A stretch of DNA of 32,000 nucleotides from Clostridium cadaveris (GTDB lineage Bacteria; Bacillota; Clostridia; Clostridiales; Clostridiaceae): assembly GCF_039521325.1 (NCBI RefSeq), contig NZ_BAAACD010000044.1; one strand, written 5' to 3'. The notes beneath the pieces are model-generated. The model was not told the origin of the DNA. It was given only the letters and a program-made list of their open reading frames with translations, and did not search any database. Position numbers and translations under genes: made by a program. This document shows positions 1 to 9,328 of this stretch, piece by piece (position 1 is the stretch's first letter; each line of letters opens with the position of its first letter).

Positions 1-1184
1 TGACCCATTTTTTCTTGTTTTGTTTTTAAGTAGAACAAATCTTGAGAAGTAGCATTCATCTGAATAGGTACACGGCTTATAATCTCTATACCAAAATCGT
101 TAAGCTCATAAACTTTTTGGGGATTGTTGGTGAGTAAACGCAAGGTTTTAACGCCTAAATCTTTTAAAATTTGAGCTCCTATATAATATTCGCGAAGATC
201 ACCATCAAAGCCAAGGGCAATATTTGCTTCTAAAGTATCCATACCATTATCTTGAAGCTCATAAGCTTTTAGCTTGTTTATTAGTCCTATGCCTCTGCCT
301 TCTTGACGCATATATAGAAGAACTCCACGTCCTTCTTTTTCTATCTGCTTCATAGCATAAGCAAACTGTTGTCCACAATCACAGCGCATAGAGCCAAAAG
401 CATCTCCTGTTAAGCATTCGGAGTGTACTCTACACAGTATGTCCTTGCCATCCCCAATATCACCTTTAACTAATGCTACGTGGTGCTCACCATTTAGCTT
501 ATTTATATAACCATAGGCTGTAAAATCACCATATTTTGTAGGCATTTTAGTTTTAGCAACTCTTTGAACTAATACATCATGTGTCTTTCTATAGTTTTGA
601 AGATCTTTTATGGTGATGAACTTCAAATTATGCTTTTTAGCTATTTTTATGAGCTCGGGGGTTCGCATCATAGTGCCATCTTGAGCCATGATCTCACAAC
701 ATAAACCACATTCCTTTAAACCAGCCAATCTCATAAGGTCAACAGTAGCTTCAGTGTGTCCGTTACGCTCTAGAACACCATTGTTTTTCGCAACTAAAGG
801 AAACATGTGGCCAGGTCTTCTGAAGTCCTCGGCCTTTGCATCTTGACTGACACATTTCATTGCAGTTATGGAACGCTCCATTGCAGAGATTCCTGTGGTG
901 GTATCAATGTGATCAATTGATACGGTGAAGGCTGTACAGTGGTTATCTGTGTTATTAGTTACCATTTGTGGAAATTGAAGTTTTGCTGCAATGGTTTGGC
1001 TCATAGGCATGCATATAAGACCCTTACCATGAACTGCCATGAAATTTATATTTTCAGTGGTTGCAAATTCAGCGGCACAGATAAAGTCTCCTTCGTTTTC
1101 TCTATTCTCATCATCTGTAACAAGAATAATTTCACCTTTATTAAGAGCTTTTAGAGCATCTTCAATAGAATCGTATTTAAACAT
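1..1184 (-). CDS. ribBA: Bifunctional 3,4-dihydroxy-2-butanone-4-phosphate synthase / GTP cyclohydrolase II. The C-terminus is cut by the window edge, with only a few codons missing.
   Basis: My translation of the reverse strand from the ATG at 1184-1182 gives [40 protein letters not shown]...[22 protein letters not shown]...[22 protein letters not shown]. An AGGAGG RBS lies 6 nt upstream. The ORF is missing from the ORF track because there is no stop inside the window. It sits in the rib operon. Confidence 0.93.
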   Translation of the reverse strand, partial: MFKYDSIEDALKALNKGEIILVTDDENRENEGDFICAAEFATTENINFMAVHGKGLICMPMSQTIAAKLQFPQMVTNNTDNHCTAFTVSIDHIDTTTGISAMERSITAMKCVSQDAKAEDFRRPGHMFPLVAKNNGVLERNGHTEATVDLMRLAGLKECGLCCEIMAQDGTMMRTPELIKIAKKHNLKFITIKDLQNYRKTHDVLVQRVAKTKMPTKYGDFTAYGYINKLNGEHHVALVKGDIGDGKDILCRVHSECLTGDAFGSMRCDCGQQFAYAMKQIEKEGRGVLLYMRQEGRGIGLINKLKAYELQDNGMDTLEANIALGFDGDLREYYIGAQILKDLGVKTLRLLTNNPQKVYELNDFGIEIISRVPIQMNATSQDLFYLKTKQEKMG

Positions 1185-1195
1185 ATTTATCCTCC

Positions 1196-1828
1196 TTAAT
1201 ATCCAAATTTAATTAAAAAATCTTTTGTTATATTACTTTTATCAATAGTTATAAGCTTTTCTATATATTTTCCTATGATGTCATTTTCTAAGTTGACTGT
1301 GTCTCCAACGGACTTTTGAGAGAGTATAGTTTCTTTTGATGTATGTGGTATTACCCCCACTGTAAAATCATTAAGACTAAGTTTTGATACTGTGAGACTG
1401 ATACCATCTATAGCTATAGAACCTTTTTCTATTATGTAGTTCATAAGCTTAGGAGAGGTTTTTATTGTATACAAAGTTGAATTATCATCTTTCTGTATTC
1501 TTGAAATAACACCTGTGCCATCTATATGCCCAGATACAATATGACCACCTAAGCGAGAGTTTACCTTAAGAGCTCTCTCTAAATTCACACAGGAGCCTGA
1601 CTTTAGATTACCAAGAGATGAACGGAAAAGTGTTTCATTCATAACATCTGCTGTGAAGGTATTAGATGAGAAACCAGTAACAGTCAGACATACACCGTTT
1701 ACTGATACACTGTCACCTATGTGCAAATCGTTAAAAATTATCTTACCTTCTATGGTAAGAATAGAAGAATGCAAACTTTTCACAACAGATTTTACTGTGC
1801 CAATTTCTTCAATTATTCCTGTGAACAT
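1196..1828 (-). CDS. ribE: Riboflavin synthase, alpha subunit
   Basis: The protein starts [12 protein letters not shown] and shows the duplicated lumazine-binding repeat pattern. It overlaps the ribD stop by 16 nt and is followed by ribBA. Confidence 0.93.
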   Translation of the reverse strand: MFTGIIEEIGTVKSVVKSLHSSILTIEGKIIFNDLHIGDSVSVNGVCLTVTGFSSNTFTADVMNETLFRSSLGNLKSGSCVNLERALKVNSRLGGHIVSGHIDGTGVISRIQKDDNSTLYTIKTSPKLMNYIIEKGSIAIDGISLTVSKLSLNDFTVGVIPHTSKETILSQKSVGDTVNLENDIIGKYIEKLITIDKSNITKDFLIKFGY

Positions 1829-2916
1829 CTATTACAAACCTCGCATTCTATAAGAATATCATCACCTAGAATAGTAATATTACTATCTTTAAGGGTGAAA
1901 GCCTCCTGAGTAGTTTTAACTCCAGAGCCGCTTAATGGAGTAGCAGCAGTAGAGCCACCAAAAATCTTTGGAGCAATATAGGCTTGGATCTTATTTACTA
2001 TTCCACATTCAATGGCAGAATAATTTAAAGTACTACCGCCTTCTAGAAAAACGCTATCTACCCCCATAGAGCCAAGTTTAATCATGAGTTCATTTAGATC
2101 AACATGATTATGTTTTTTATTAATGTGAATTAGGTTACAACCCATATCAATAAAAGGTTTTTGCTTTTCTTCGTCATAGCAACAGGTAGCTATATATGTT
2201 GGAGTATCTTTTGCTGTAGATACTACTTTCGATTCTAAGGGAGTCCTAAGATTTGTGTCACAAATAATTCTTATAGGATTTATACCACTACTTATTCTGC
2301 AAGTAAGCAGTGGATCATCATTAATGATTGTATTTACTCCAACCATAATTGAGGAGTATTTACTACGGTCTTTATGGACATTAAGTCTCGCTAAATCACT
2401 TGTAATCCATTTAGACTTACCTGTTACGGTGGCAATTTTACCATCCATAGTCATGGCGTATTTCATCACCACAAATGGTTTCTTTGTTGAAATATAATGA
2501 AAAAATATTTGATTAAGTTTGTTGCATTGGGGTTCTAAAATATTTTCTTTTACCTCTATGTTGTTTTCCTGGAGAATTTGAATGCCTTTACCTGATACTA
2601 GAGGGTTAGGATCTTTAGAACCTATTACAACCTTCTTTATACCACTTTTTATAATGGCTTCAGTACAAGGTGACGTTTTTCCCCAGTGACAGCAAGGTTC
2701 TAATGTTACATAGAGGGTAGAATCAATGGGAGAAGTTGTGCAACTGTTGATAGCGTTACGCTCAGCATGGAGTCCGCCAAATTTTTCGTGATAGCCCTGA
2801 CCTATAATTTGGTCATCCTTTACTATAACAGCTCCTACCATAGGGTTAGGGTTCACTAAGCCACAGCCCTTTTCTGCAAGAGCTAGTGCTATAGACATGT
2901 AATATTCATCATTCAT
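1813..2916 (-). CDS. ribD: Bifunctional riboflavin biosynthesis deaminase/reductase (diaminohydroxyphosphoribosylaminopyrimidine deaminase / 5-amino-6-(5-phosphoribosylamino)uracil reductase)
   Basis: The sequence carries the cytidine-deaminase zinc motif (HAE...PCxxC: GGLHAERNAI...TLEPCCHWGKTSPC) and a C-terminal reductase domain. I place the start at the ATG at 2916 (MNDEYYMSIALALA) because AGGAGG at 2928-2923 precedes it. The 15-codon extension in the ORF track has no RBS. Confidence 0.92.
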   Translation of the reverse strand: MNDEYYMSIALALAEKGCGLVNPNPMVGAVIVKDDQIIGQGYHEKFGGLHAERNAINSCTTSPIDSTLYVTLEPCCHWGKTSPCTEAIIKSGIKKVVIGSKDPNPLVSGKGIQILQENNIEVKENILEPQCNKLNQIFFHYISTKKPFVVMKYAMTMDGKIATVTGKSKWITSDLARLNVHKDRSKYSSIMVGVNTIINDDPLLTCRISSGINPIRIICDTNLRTPLESKVVSTAKDTPTYIATCCYDEEKQKPFIDMGCNLIHINKKHNHVDLNELMIKLGSMGVDSVFLEGGSTLNYSAIECGIVNKIQAYIAPKIFGGSTAATPLSGSGVKTTQEAFTLKDSNITILGDDILIECEVCNRCSQE

Positions 2917-2928
2917 ATTAAACCTCCT

Positions 2929-2966
2929 AAAACAAAAATGCCTTGAACAAAAAAAGTTCAAGGCAT
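2929..2966 (-). terminator. Second terminator-like hairpin in the rib leader: an 11-bp stem ATGCCTTGAAC / GTTCAAGGCAT with a 7-nt loop, followed by TTTTGTTTT that abuts the ribD RBS
   Basis: The perfect 11-bp inverted repeat and the downstream U-tract (minus-strand sense) are read directly from the sequence. Function is unknown. Confidence 0.55.
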
Positions 2967-2982
2967 TCTATAAGCTTATAGA
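2967..2982. repeat. 16-bp perfect palindrome TCTATAAGCTTATAGA between the two rib-leader hairpins
   Basis: The sequence is its own reverse complement when read directly. Confidence 0.8.
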
Positions 2983-2989
2983 TTTCTGT

Positions 2990-3027
2990 TAAAATAAAAA
3001 ACCCTGAAATGTAAAACATTTCAGAGC
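2990..3027 (-). terminator. Intrinsic terminator forming the FMN riboswitch expression platform
   Basis: In minus-strand sense the sequence reads GCTCTGAAATG-tttta-CATTTCAGGG followed by TTTTTTTATTTT, about 50 nt downstream of the aptamer. Confidence 0.8.
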
Positions 3028-3075
3028 AAATAAAACAAAAGAAATCACACTAATTAAGTGCTTTAGCAATACTGT

Positions 3076-3183
3076 ATCTTCTTTCATCCAGACTTTACTG
3101 TCGGCTTCGGAATCTCACCGAATCATGCCATAAAGGCTCGTGGGCTATACCACCGGTAGGGAATTTCACCCTGCCCTGAAGAT
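3076..3183 (-). promoter_or_regulatory. FMN riboswitch (RFN element) aptamer
   Basis: In minus-strand sense the sequence reads TCTTCAGGGCAGGGTGAAATTCCCTACCGGTGGTATAGCCCACGAGCC...GATTCGGTGAGATTCCGAAGCCGACAGTAAAGTCTGGATGAAAGAAGA. This matches the conserved RFN core, and it sits upstream of ribD. Confidence 0.93.
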
Positions 3184-3202
3184 TATTATTTAATTGATAC
3201 AT

Positions 3203-3231
3203 ATAATATACCAAATTTTTGGTTTTGTCAA
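3203..3231 (-). promoter_or_regulatory. Sigma-A-like promoter of the rib operon (TTGACA-17-TATTAT)
   Basis: The hexamers are read on the minus strand. The -35 box directly abuts the stop codon of the upstream MATE gene. Confidence 0.6.
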
Positions 3232-4584
3232 TTATTTGGCTTTAAATTTCTTATGAAGTGTCTTATTAAATAAATAGCATATAACGATACCGTCAAAGGC
3301 CCATTGAATAGCTGTGATAACCCATACAAGGACAACTGAGTATTTTTTAATATATATGAAATAGAACATAAGAGGAAATCTTATAAACCAACTGGATATG
3401 AAGGAAACCATAAATGGAGTTTTAGTATCTCCTACACCTTTAAGTGCTCCACCAACTACCATAGATAATCCCATAACTGGCTGTTCTATGGCAGCTACCA
3501 TAAGACATTGAGTTCCCAATTTTATAACTTCTACTTCCGAACTGGTGATAAACAGTTTAATTAGTACATTAGGTATAAAAAGGAACAGAAAGGAACATAC
3601 GAACATGAGAGCTGTACCTAAGAATATGGAGGCTTTAGCGTACTCCTTTGCCTTGTCAAAATTCTTTTCACCTATTTTATGACCGACCAAAGTAGTAGCC
3701 GCTACAGAGAATCCCCATCCAGGCATGAAAGATATAGATTCTATTGTAGTTGCTATCTGGTTTGAAGCAAATGATATAGTTCCCAAAGAGATTATCATAA
3801 AATTACAAAGTAGTCTGCTTATATTAAGAGAAGCTTCTTGTAATGATGATGGACCACTTAGCTTGAATAAATGTCTTAAAGCATCCCTGTTAACATTCTT
3901 CAAATAAGAAAAATTAAGTTTTATATCTGATTTATAGTACATGTAAAGAGATATAAATACAAAACCTAAAAATTGTGCTATAGCTGTAGCTAAAGCAGCA
4001 CCTATAACTCCAAGCTCAGGAAGACCAAAACGACCAAATATAAGGGACCAGTCTAAAAATATATTTGTCACATTAACTAAAGCTGATGCTATAAGAGGGG
4101 TTCTAGTATTTCCGAATGCCCTTAGTGTTGCATTTAAGGCATTCATAAGCATATTGAAAAAGATTCCTATTCCTGCAATACTCATGTAAGGGGAACCTAA
4201 TGATACTACATTTTCATCAGCTCCAGCAAAAGTAAGTATATTCTCACTGAAGAATATAAGGATTGTACTTAAAAGAAGAGCTAATATTCCAGCTACAACA
4301 AAACCAAGAGTTGCATATTCCTCTGCTTTTTTTAAGTCCTTTGCTCCAACACGTCGTGCAACAAGTGAAGTTATACCAACTGAAACGCCGACGCCTACAA
4401 AAATATTTGAAAATGTATAAATAATTTCGGAACTTAAACCAACACTGCTGACGGCTATATTTCCGCCATATTTTCCCACCATCATGGTATCGAATACACC
4501 TATCATCATATAGAGAATGTTTTCACCTACAGCGGGTAAGGCAAGATTCAATACATCCAATATAGTTTGTTTGTGAAGTTTCAT
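3232..4584 (-). CDS. MATE family multidrug/compound efflux transporter
   Basis: This is a polytopic, roughly 450-aa hydrophobic protein with a MATE-like N-terminus (LALPAVGENILYMMIGVFDTMMVGKYG). The start is set at the ATG at 4584, which is preceded by AAAGGAGAA. The ORF-track start at 4605 is a TTG without an RBS. Confidence 0.85.
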   Translation of the reverse strand: MKLHKQTILDVLNLALPAVGENILYMMIGVFDTMMVGKYGGNIAVSSVGLSSEIIYTFSNIFVGVGVSVGITSLVARRVGAKDLKKAEEYATLGFVVAGILALLLSTILIFFSENILTFAGADENVVSLGSPYMSIAGIGIFFNMLMNALNATLRAFGNTRTPLIASALVNVTNIFLDWSLIFGRFGLPELGVIGAALATAIAQFLGFVFISLYMYYKSDIKLNFSYLKNVNRDALRHLFKLSGPSSLQEASLNISRLLCNFMIISLGTISFASNQIATTIESISFMPGWGFSVAATTLVGHKIGEKNFDKAKEYAKASIFLGTALMFVCSFLFLFIPNVLIKLFITSSEVEVIKLGTQCLMVAAIEQPVMGLSMVVGGALKGVGDTKTPFMVSFISSWFIRFPLMFYFIYIKKYSVVLVWVITAIQWAFDGIVICYLFNKTLHKKFKAK

Positions 4585-4732
4585 TATAAATTCTCCTTTT
4601 ATCAATAAAAATGTTCCTACAATAATAATATCATTAATTTACAATAATAATCCATAGCAAACAGTATAGATTATTCGTTTATATAAGACAGATTATTGTA
4701 AAAATTTAAGGAAAAAAATCTTATTAAATAGG

Positions 4733-4761
4733 TGGAATATAACATTAACATTTGCTATAAT
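4733..4761 (+). promoter_or_regulatory. Candidate promoter for kbl-tdh (weak -35 TGGAAT, extended -10 TGcTATAAT)
   Basis: Hexamers are read directly. The AT-rich context makes false positives easy. Confidence 0.4.
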
Positions 4762-4824
4762 AAAAACATAAGTTAAAAAATGTTTATGATAGACATACAT
4801 ATCTTAATAAAGGGGGATTTTCAA

Positions 4825-6018
4825 ATGGGAAGTAAAGCATTACAAAAGTATCTTACAGAAAATTTAAACGACTTAAAATCTAAAGGACTTTATAATGAAA
4901 TAAATATACTACAAGGTGCAAATGGACCTATAATAAAGATTGATGGAAAAGAGCTTATAAACCTTTCTTCAAACAACTATTTAGGGCTTGCTACAAACGA
5001 AAGACTAATAAATGCATGCATAGAAGCTACAAAGAAATATGGAGCTGGTGCAGGTGCAGTTAGAACTATAAACGGAACATTAGATATCCACAGAGAACTT
5101 GAAGAGAAGATAGCTGAATTCAAACATACAGAAGCAGCTATAGCTTTCCAATCAGGATTTAACTGTAATGCAGGGGCTATATCAGCAGTTATGAGTAAAA
5201 AGGATGCTATACTTTCAGATGCATTAAATCATGCTTCTATAATAGATGGATGCAGACTATCAGGGGCAAAAATTATAAGATATGAACACAATGATATGGA
5301 AGACTTAAGAAAGCAAGCAAAGGCTGCTAAAGAAAGCGGACTTTATGAAAAGATAATGGTTATAAGTGATGGAGTTTTCTCTATGGATGGAGACGTAGTT
5401 GACCTTCCAGGAATGGTTAAAGTTGCTGAAGAGTTTGACCTTATAACTTATATAGACGATGCTCATGGTTCAGGGGTAATGGGAAATGGTGCTGGAACAG
5501 TTAAGCACTTTGGACTATCAGATAAGATCGATTTCCAAATAGGAACATTATCTAAAGCTATAGGTGTTGTAGGAGGATATGTTGCTGGTTCTAAAGATTT
5601 AATAGACTGGTTAAAGGTTAGAGCAAGACCATTCTTATTCTCAACTTCATTAACTCCAGGAGCAGCAGCTGCAGCAATGGAATCTTTCAATATAATGTCA
5701 GAAAGCACTGAATTAGTTGACAAGGTATGGGAAAATGGAAAATATCTTAAAGCTGAATTAAAGAAATTAGGATTCAATATTGGACATAGTGAAACACCTA
5801 TAACTCCATGTATAATTGGAGATGAAAAGTTAACTCAAGAGTTCTCAAAGAGATTATATGAAGAGGGAGTATACGCAAAATCAATAGTATTCCCAACAGT
5901 ACCTCTAGGAACTGGAAGAGTTAGAAATATGCCTACAGCAGCTCATACAAAAGAGATGTTAGATGATGCTATAGCTATTTATACTAAAGTAGGAAAAGAA
6001 TTAGGCGTTATAAAATAG
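4825..6018 (+). CDS. kbl: 2-amino-3-ketobutyrate CoA ligase (glycine C-acetyltransferase), PLP-dependent
   Basis: The protein shows alpha-oxoamine synthase family features ([10 protein letters not shown], and GTLSKA with the PLP lysine). The start at the ATG at 4825 follows the GGGGGA RBS. It is adjacent to tdh. Confidence 0.9.
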   Translation: MGSKALQKYLTENLNDLKSKGLYNEINILQGANGPIIKIDGKELINLSSNNYLGLATNERLINACIEATKKYGAGAGAVRTINGTLDIHRELEEKIAEFKHTEAAIAFQSGFNCNAGAISAVMSKKDAILSDALNHASIIDGCRLSGAKIIRYEHNDMEDLRKQAKAAKESGLYEKIMVISDGVFSMDGDVVDLPGMVKVAEEFDLITYIDDAHGSGVMGNGAGTVKHFGLSDKIDFQIGTLSKAIGVVGGYVAGSKDLIDWLKVRARPFLFSTSLTPGAAAAAMESFNIMSESTELVDKVWENGKYLKAELKKLGFNIGHSETPITPCIIGDEKLTQEFSKRLYEEGVYAKSIVFPTVPLGTGRVRNMPTAAHTKEMLDDAIAIYTKVGKELGVIK

Positions 6019-6103
6019 TTGAGTTTAACAAAAGATTAAATCTCCTAAAGAAAATGCTTGTGATCTTTAAGAGAAATATAATAAAATTTGTGGGGGTTTT
6101 GAA

Positions 6104-7060
6104 ATGAAAAAGATATTAGTAACTGGATCTCTTGGACAAATAGGTTCAGAGCTTGTAACACATTTAAGAGATATATACGGCGATACAAATGTAATTGCTA
6201 CTGATATAAGAAAGATAGATGGTAATCCAGTAGTGGAAGCTGGTCCATTTGAAACATTAGACGTTTTAGATCCACAAAAGATGTCAGATATCGTTAAGAA
6301 GTATAATTGTGATAGTATAATTCACCTTGCTGCACTCCTATCTGCTGTTGCTGAAGCTAAGCCAGCATTAGCGTGGAATATAAACATGGGAGGTTTATTT
6401 AACGCTTTAGAAGTAGCTCGTGAAAGCAAGTGCCAATTCTTCACTCCTAGTTCAATAGGAGCGTTTGGACCAAGTACTCCAAAGGATATGACACCACAAG
6501 ATACACTTCAAAGACCTCAAACAATGTACGGGGTAACAAAGGTTTCAGGAGAACTTTTATGTGACTACTACTATCAAAGATTTGGAGTAGATACAAGAGG
6601 AGTTAGATTCCCTGGTCTTATATCTTACGTGGCGCCTCCAGGAGGTGGAACTACTGACTATGCAGTAGACATTTACTATAAAGCATTACAAGAAGGAAAA
6701 TATACTTCTTATATAGCAGAAGGTACAAAGATGGATATGATGTATATGCCAGATGCTTTAAACGGAATAGTAAAACTAATGGAAGCAGACCCATCAAAGC
6801 TTGTTCATAGAAATGCATTTAATATAGCAGCTATGAGTTTCGAACCAAATGAAATTGCAGCAGAAATCAAGAAGCATATACCAAACTTTGAAATAAGCTA
6901 CGATGTTGATCCTGTTAGACAGGCAATTGCTGATTCATGGCCAAATTCATTAGATGATTCTGCAGCACGTAATGAATGGGGATTTGAAAACAAATATGAT
7001 TTAAGTTCTATGACAGAAGATATGTTAAACAAACTAAGAGTTAAGTTAAACATAAAGTAA
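6104..7060 (+). CDS. tdh: L-threonine 3-dehydrogenase of the NAD-dependent epimerase/dehydratase (extended SDR, GalE-like) type
   Basis: The N-terminal Rossmann motif VTGSLGQIGSEL and the YxxxK motif (YGVTKVSGE) are present. The gene is paired with kbl. Confidence 0.85.
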   Translation: MKKILVTGSLGQIGSELVTHLRDIYGDTNVIATDIRKIDGNPVVEAGPFETLDVLDPQKMSDIVKKYNCDSIIHLAALLSAVAEAKPALAWNINMGGLFNALEVARESKCQFFTPSSIGAFGPSTPKDMTPQDTLQRPQTMYGVTKVSGELLCDYYYQRFGVDTRGVRFPGLISYVAPPGGGTTDYAVDIYYKALQEGKYTSYIAEGTKMDMMYMPDALNGIVKLMEADPSKLVHRNAFNIAAMSFEPNEIAAEIKKHIPNFEISYDVDPVRQAIADSWPNSLDDSAARNEWGFENKYDLSSMTEDMLNKLRVKLNIK

Positions 7061-7072
7061 TACTAGAAGGCC

Positions 7073-7106
7073 GGCTCCCTTATGATTTTAAGGGAGCCTT
7101 AGTTTT
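7073..7106 (+). terminator. Intrinsic terminator after tdh
   Basis: The hairpin is GGCTCCCTT-8 nt-AAGGGAGCC followed by a T-rich tail. Confidence 0.7.
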
Positions 7107-7120
7107 AACATGGAGGATTT

Positions 7121-7558
7121 ATGGAAGAAAAATTTCTAATAGTGAATAGCAAAGTATTGCCAGATATATTCGAAAAAGTAATCTTAGTAAAAGAATTGTT
7201 ATATACGGGAGAAGTAAAAGATATTTCAGAAGGAGTGAAAACTGTAGGGATAAGCAGAAGTGCTTATTACAAATATAAGGATAATGTCTTTCTAGTTTCG
7301 GAAGCTTTAAAAGGCCAAAAAGCAACTATAGCATTATTATTAAACCATGAAGCAGGAGTTTTATCTAAAGTTTTGGATAAGATAGCAGAGAACGGTGGAA
7401 ACATAATAACTATAAATCAAGATATTCCTATAAATAAGGCCGCAAATGTCACTATAACCTGTGATATAAGTGGACTTAAAATTGATATAAAAGAATTATT
7501 AAATAAGATAAATTTGGTAGATAATATACTAAAAAGCAAACTTATTGCAATGGAATAG
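7121..7558 (+). CDS. pheB: UPF0735 ACT-domain protein (PheB-like)
   Basis: The protein is collinear with Bacillus PheB (VLPDxxxKxxxxKxLL...SRSAYYKYKDxVF, then an ACT domain). Confidence 0.85.
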   Translation: MEEKFLIVNSKVLPDIFEKVILVKELLYTGEVKDISEGVKTVGISRSAYYKYKDNVFLVSEALKGQKATIALLLNHEAGVLSKVLDKIAENGGNIITINQDIPINKAANVTITCDISGLKIDIKELLNKINLVDNILKSKLIAME

Positions 7559-7659
7559 TGTATTATTGCAAAGAAAGATTTTTTTATCATAGTTGGATAA
7601 AAGCATATCTAAGGAGTAAAATGAAAATTGTGAACTAATTATAGAAAGGGTGGGGAAAG

Positions 7660-8904
7660 ATGAATAAAGAAGTTTTTATTTCAAACAGAAAAAGACTTAT
7701 GGAGAGGTTAGAAGATAACAGCATATTAGTGATGTTTGCTGGACAGCCACCTAAAAAGAGTGCTGATGAATCGTATCCATTCACTCCAAATAGAAATTTT
7801 TATTACTTAACAGGAATTAATGAACCTGATGTAGTGCTTTTAGTTCTAAAAAGAGATGGCATAGTAGAAGAAACGGTATTTATAAAAAAAGCAGATCCAG
7901 TTATGGAAAGATGGGTTGGAAAAACTATTTCAAGTGAAGAAGCAAAAGCGTTTTCAGGAGTAGATGACATAAAGTATTTAGATGATCTTCAAGGAGAACT
8001 TCACAGACTTATATTTGCTAAGGGATTAAAAAAGGTTTATTTAAATCTAGAAAAAGATAGTTTTACAAGTAGAACTACTCAAGAAGAAGAGTTTGCTGAA
8101 ATATTAAAAAATAAATATCCATATGTGGTTATAGAAAATGTATTTAATCATATAAGTGCATTAAGACAAATAAAGTGCAAAGAAGAGATAGAAGCTATAA
8201 GAGAAGCTGGAAAGATAACTATAGAAGGCGTAGAAGCCCTTATGAAGAATGCAAAGCCTGGAATGATGGAATATCAACTTGAAGCTTATTTTGATTTCGT
8301 GCTTAAACAACATGGAGTTACGGACTATGCATTTAAAACAATAGCAGCAGCAGGAAAGAATGCAACAGTTCTTCATTACTCAGAAAACAACAGTGAAATA
8401 AAAGATGGAGATCTTATCCTTTTCGATTTAGGCGCTCAACTAAATTATTACAATTCAGATATAAGCAGAACTTTTCCTGTAAACGGAAAATTCACAGAAA
8501 GACAAAAGACTATATATAATATAGTATTAAAGGCTTATGAGGATACTATGAAGGTTATAAAACCAGGAGTACCTTTTGTTGAGCTAAATAAAGAAACAAG
8601 AAGATCTCTTGCAGCTAGCCTTAAAGAGATAGGACTTATAAAGAAAGACGAAGAGTTAAGCGAATACTATTTCCATGGAGTAAGTCATCATCTTGGACTT
8701 GATACTCATGACGTAGGATCAAGAGAATCTGTTCTAGAAGAAGGAGTAGTTTTAACTGTAGAGCCAGGTCTTTATATAGCAGAAGAAGGCATAGGCATAA
8801 GAATAGAAGACGACGTTGTAGTTACAAAGGATGGATGCGAAATTATAACAAGCGGAATGATGAAGACAGTAGAAGAAATAGAAGCATTCATGGCTAATAG
8901 ATAG
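7660..8904 (+). CDS. pepP: Xaa-Pro aminopeptidase (M24B family with N-terminal AMP_N domain)
   Basis: M24 metal-ligand motifs are present (DLGAQLNYYNSDISRTF, HGVSHHLGLDTHD, EPGLYI, GIRIEDDVVVT). Confidence 0.88.
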   Translation: MNKEVFISNRKRLMERLEDNSILVMFAGQPPKKSADESYPFTPNRNFYYLTGINEPDVVLLVLKRDGIVEETVFIKKADPVMERWVGKTISSEEAKAFSGVDDIKYLDDLQGELHRLIFAKGLKKVYLNLEKDSFTSRTTQEEEFAEILKNKYPYVVIENVFNHISALRQIKCKEEIEAIREAGKITIEGVEALMKNAKPGMMEYQLEAYFDFVLKQHGVTDYAFKTIAAAGKNATVLHYSENNSEIKDGDLILFDLGAQLNYYNSDISRTFPVNGKFTERQKTIYNIVLKAYEDTMKVIKPGVPFVELNKETRRSLAASLKEIGLIKKDEELSEYYFHGVSHHLGLDTHDVGSRESVLEEGVVLTVEPGLYIAEEGIGIRIEDDVVVTKDGCEIITSGMMKTVEEIEAFMANR

Positions 8905-8922
8905 AAAAATTCACACTACTTA

Positions 8923-8951
8923 TTGACAAGGTGAGGAATTTTCACTATGAT
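8923..8951 (+). promoter_or_regulatory. Sigma-A-like promoter of the metG leader (TTGACA-17-TATGAT)
   Basis: Hexamers are read directly, immediately upstream of T-box stem I. Confidence 0.65.
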
Positions 8952-8954
8952 GGA

Positions 8955-9256
8955 ATTAATATTAATAATGCAGTGAAAAGAAGAGTAATAGGATGGTACT
9001 ATTTACAGAGAGCCGTGGATGGTGAAAGGCGGCAGTAGAAAATCTTATGAAGATGGCCTTAGAGCAGACTTTTCGAGCTAGATTCTAGTTAGGGAAGTAC
9101 GGGTGCGACCGTTATATTGCAGGGTAATAAAAGCTTATTTATTTAGTAAGTGGAGTTACTTAGTGAGATATTCTTTGGTGACAGAGAATATGAAGTAGAG
9201 TGGTAAAGCGTTTATAACGCCTCTATGATCTTTTTATGGATCATAGAGGCATTTTT
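8955..9256 (+). promoter_or_regulatory. T-box leader (tRNA-Met-responsive) with terminator
   Basis: The AGAGAG box lies near 9006 and GGTGAAAG follows. The candidate specifier AUG is at 9047-9049, followed by A. A T-box-like GTAGAGTGGTAAAGCG lies at 9195-9210. The terminator GCCTCTATGATC / GATCATAGAGGC (9219-9250) is followed by a T-run. The element sits upstream of metG. Confidence 0.85.
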
Positions 9257-9328
9257 TATTTTAGTTAAAAAATTCAATAAATATAAAATAGAAGGCAATA
9301 ATAACTGTAAGAAGAGAGGAGAATTTTT

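Noticed and set aside
2917-2961. N-terminal extensions in the ORF track for ribD (to 2961), MATE (to 4605), kbl (from 4780), nrdD (from 26850) and the lipoprotein (from 20005)
   Set aside because: In each case an internal start codon is preceded by a strong AGGAGG/GGAGG-type RBS at proper spacing and gives the family-typical N-terminus. The extended starts lack an RBS and run into leader, promoter or riboswitch sequence.
7621-7638. 5-codon mini-ORF (MKIVN) with an AAGGAG RBS upstream of pepP
   Set aside because: It is too short to evaluate, and the SD-ATG spacing is only 4 nt. There is no associated attenuator structure. It is likely chance in AT-rich DNA.
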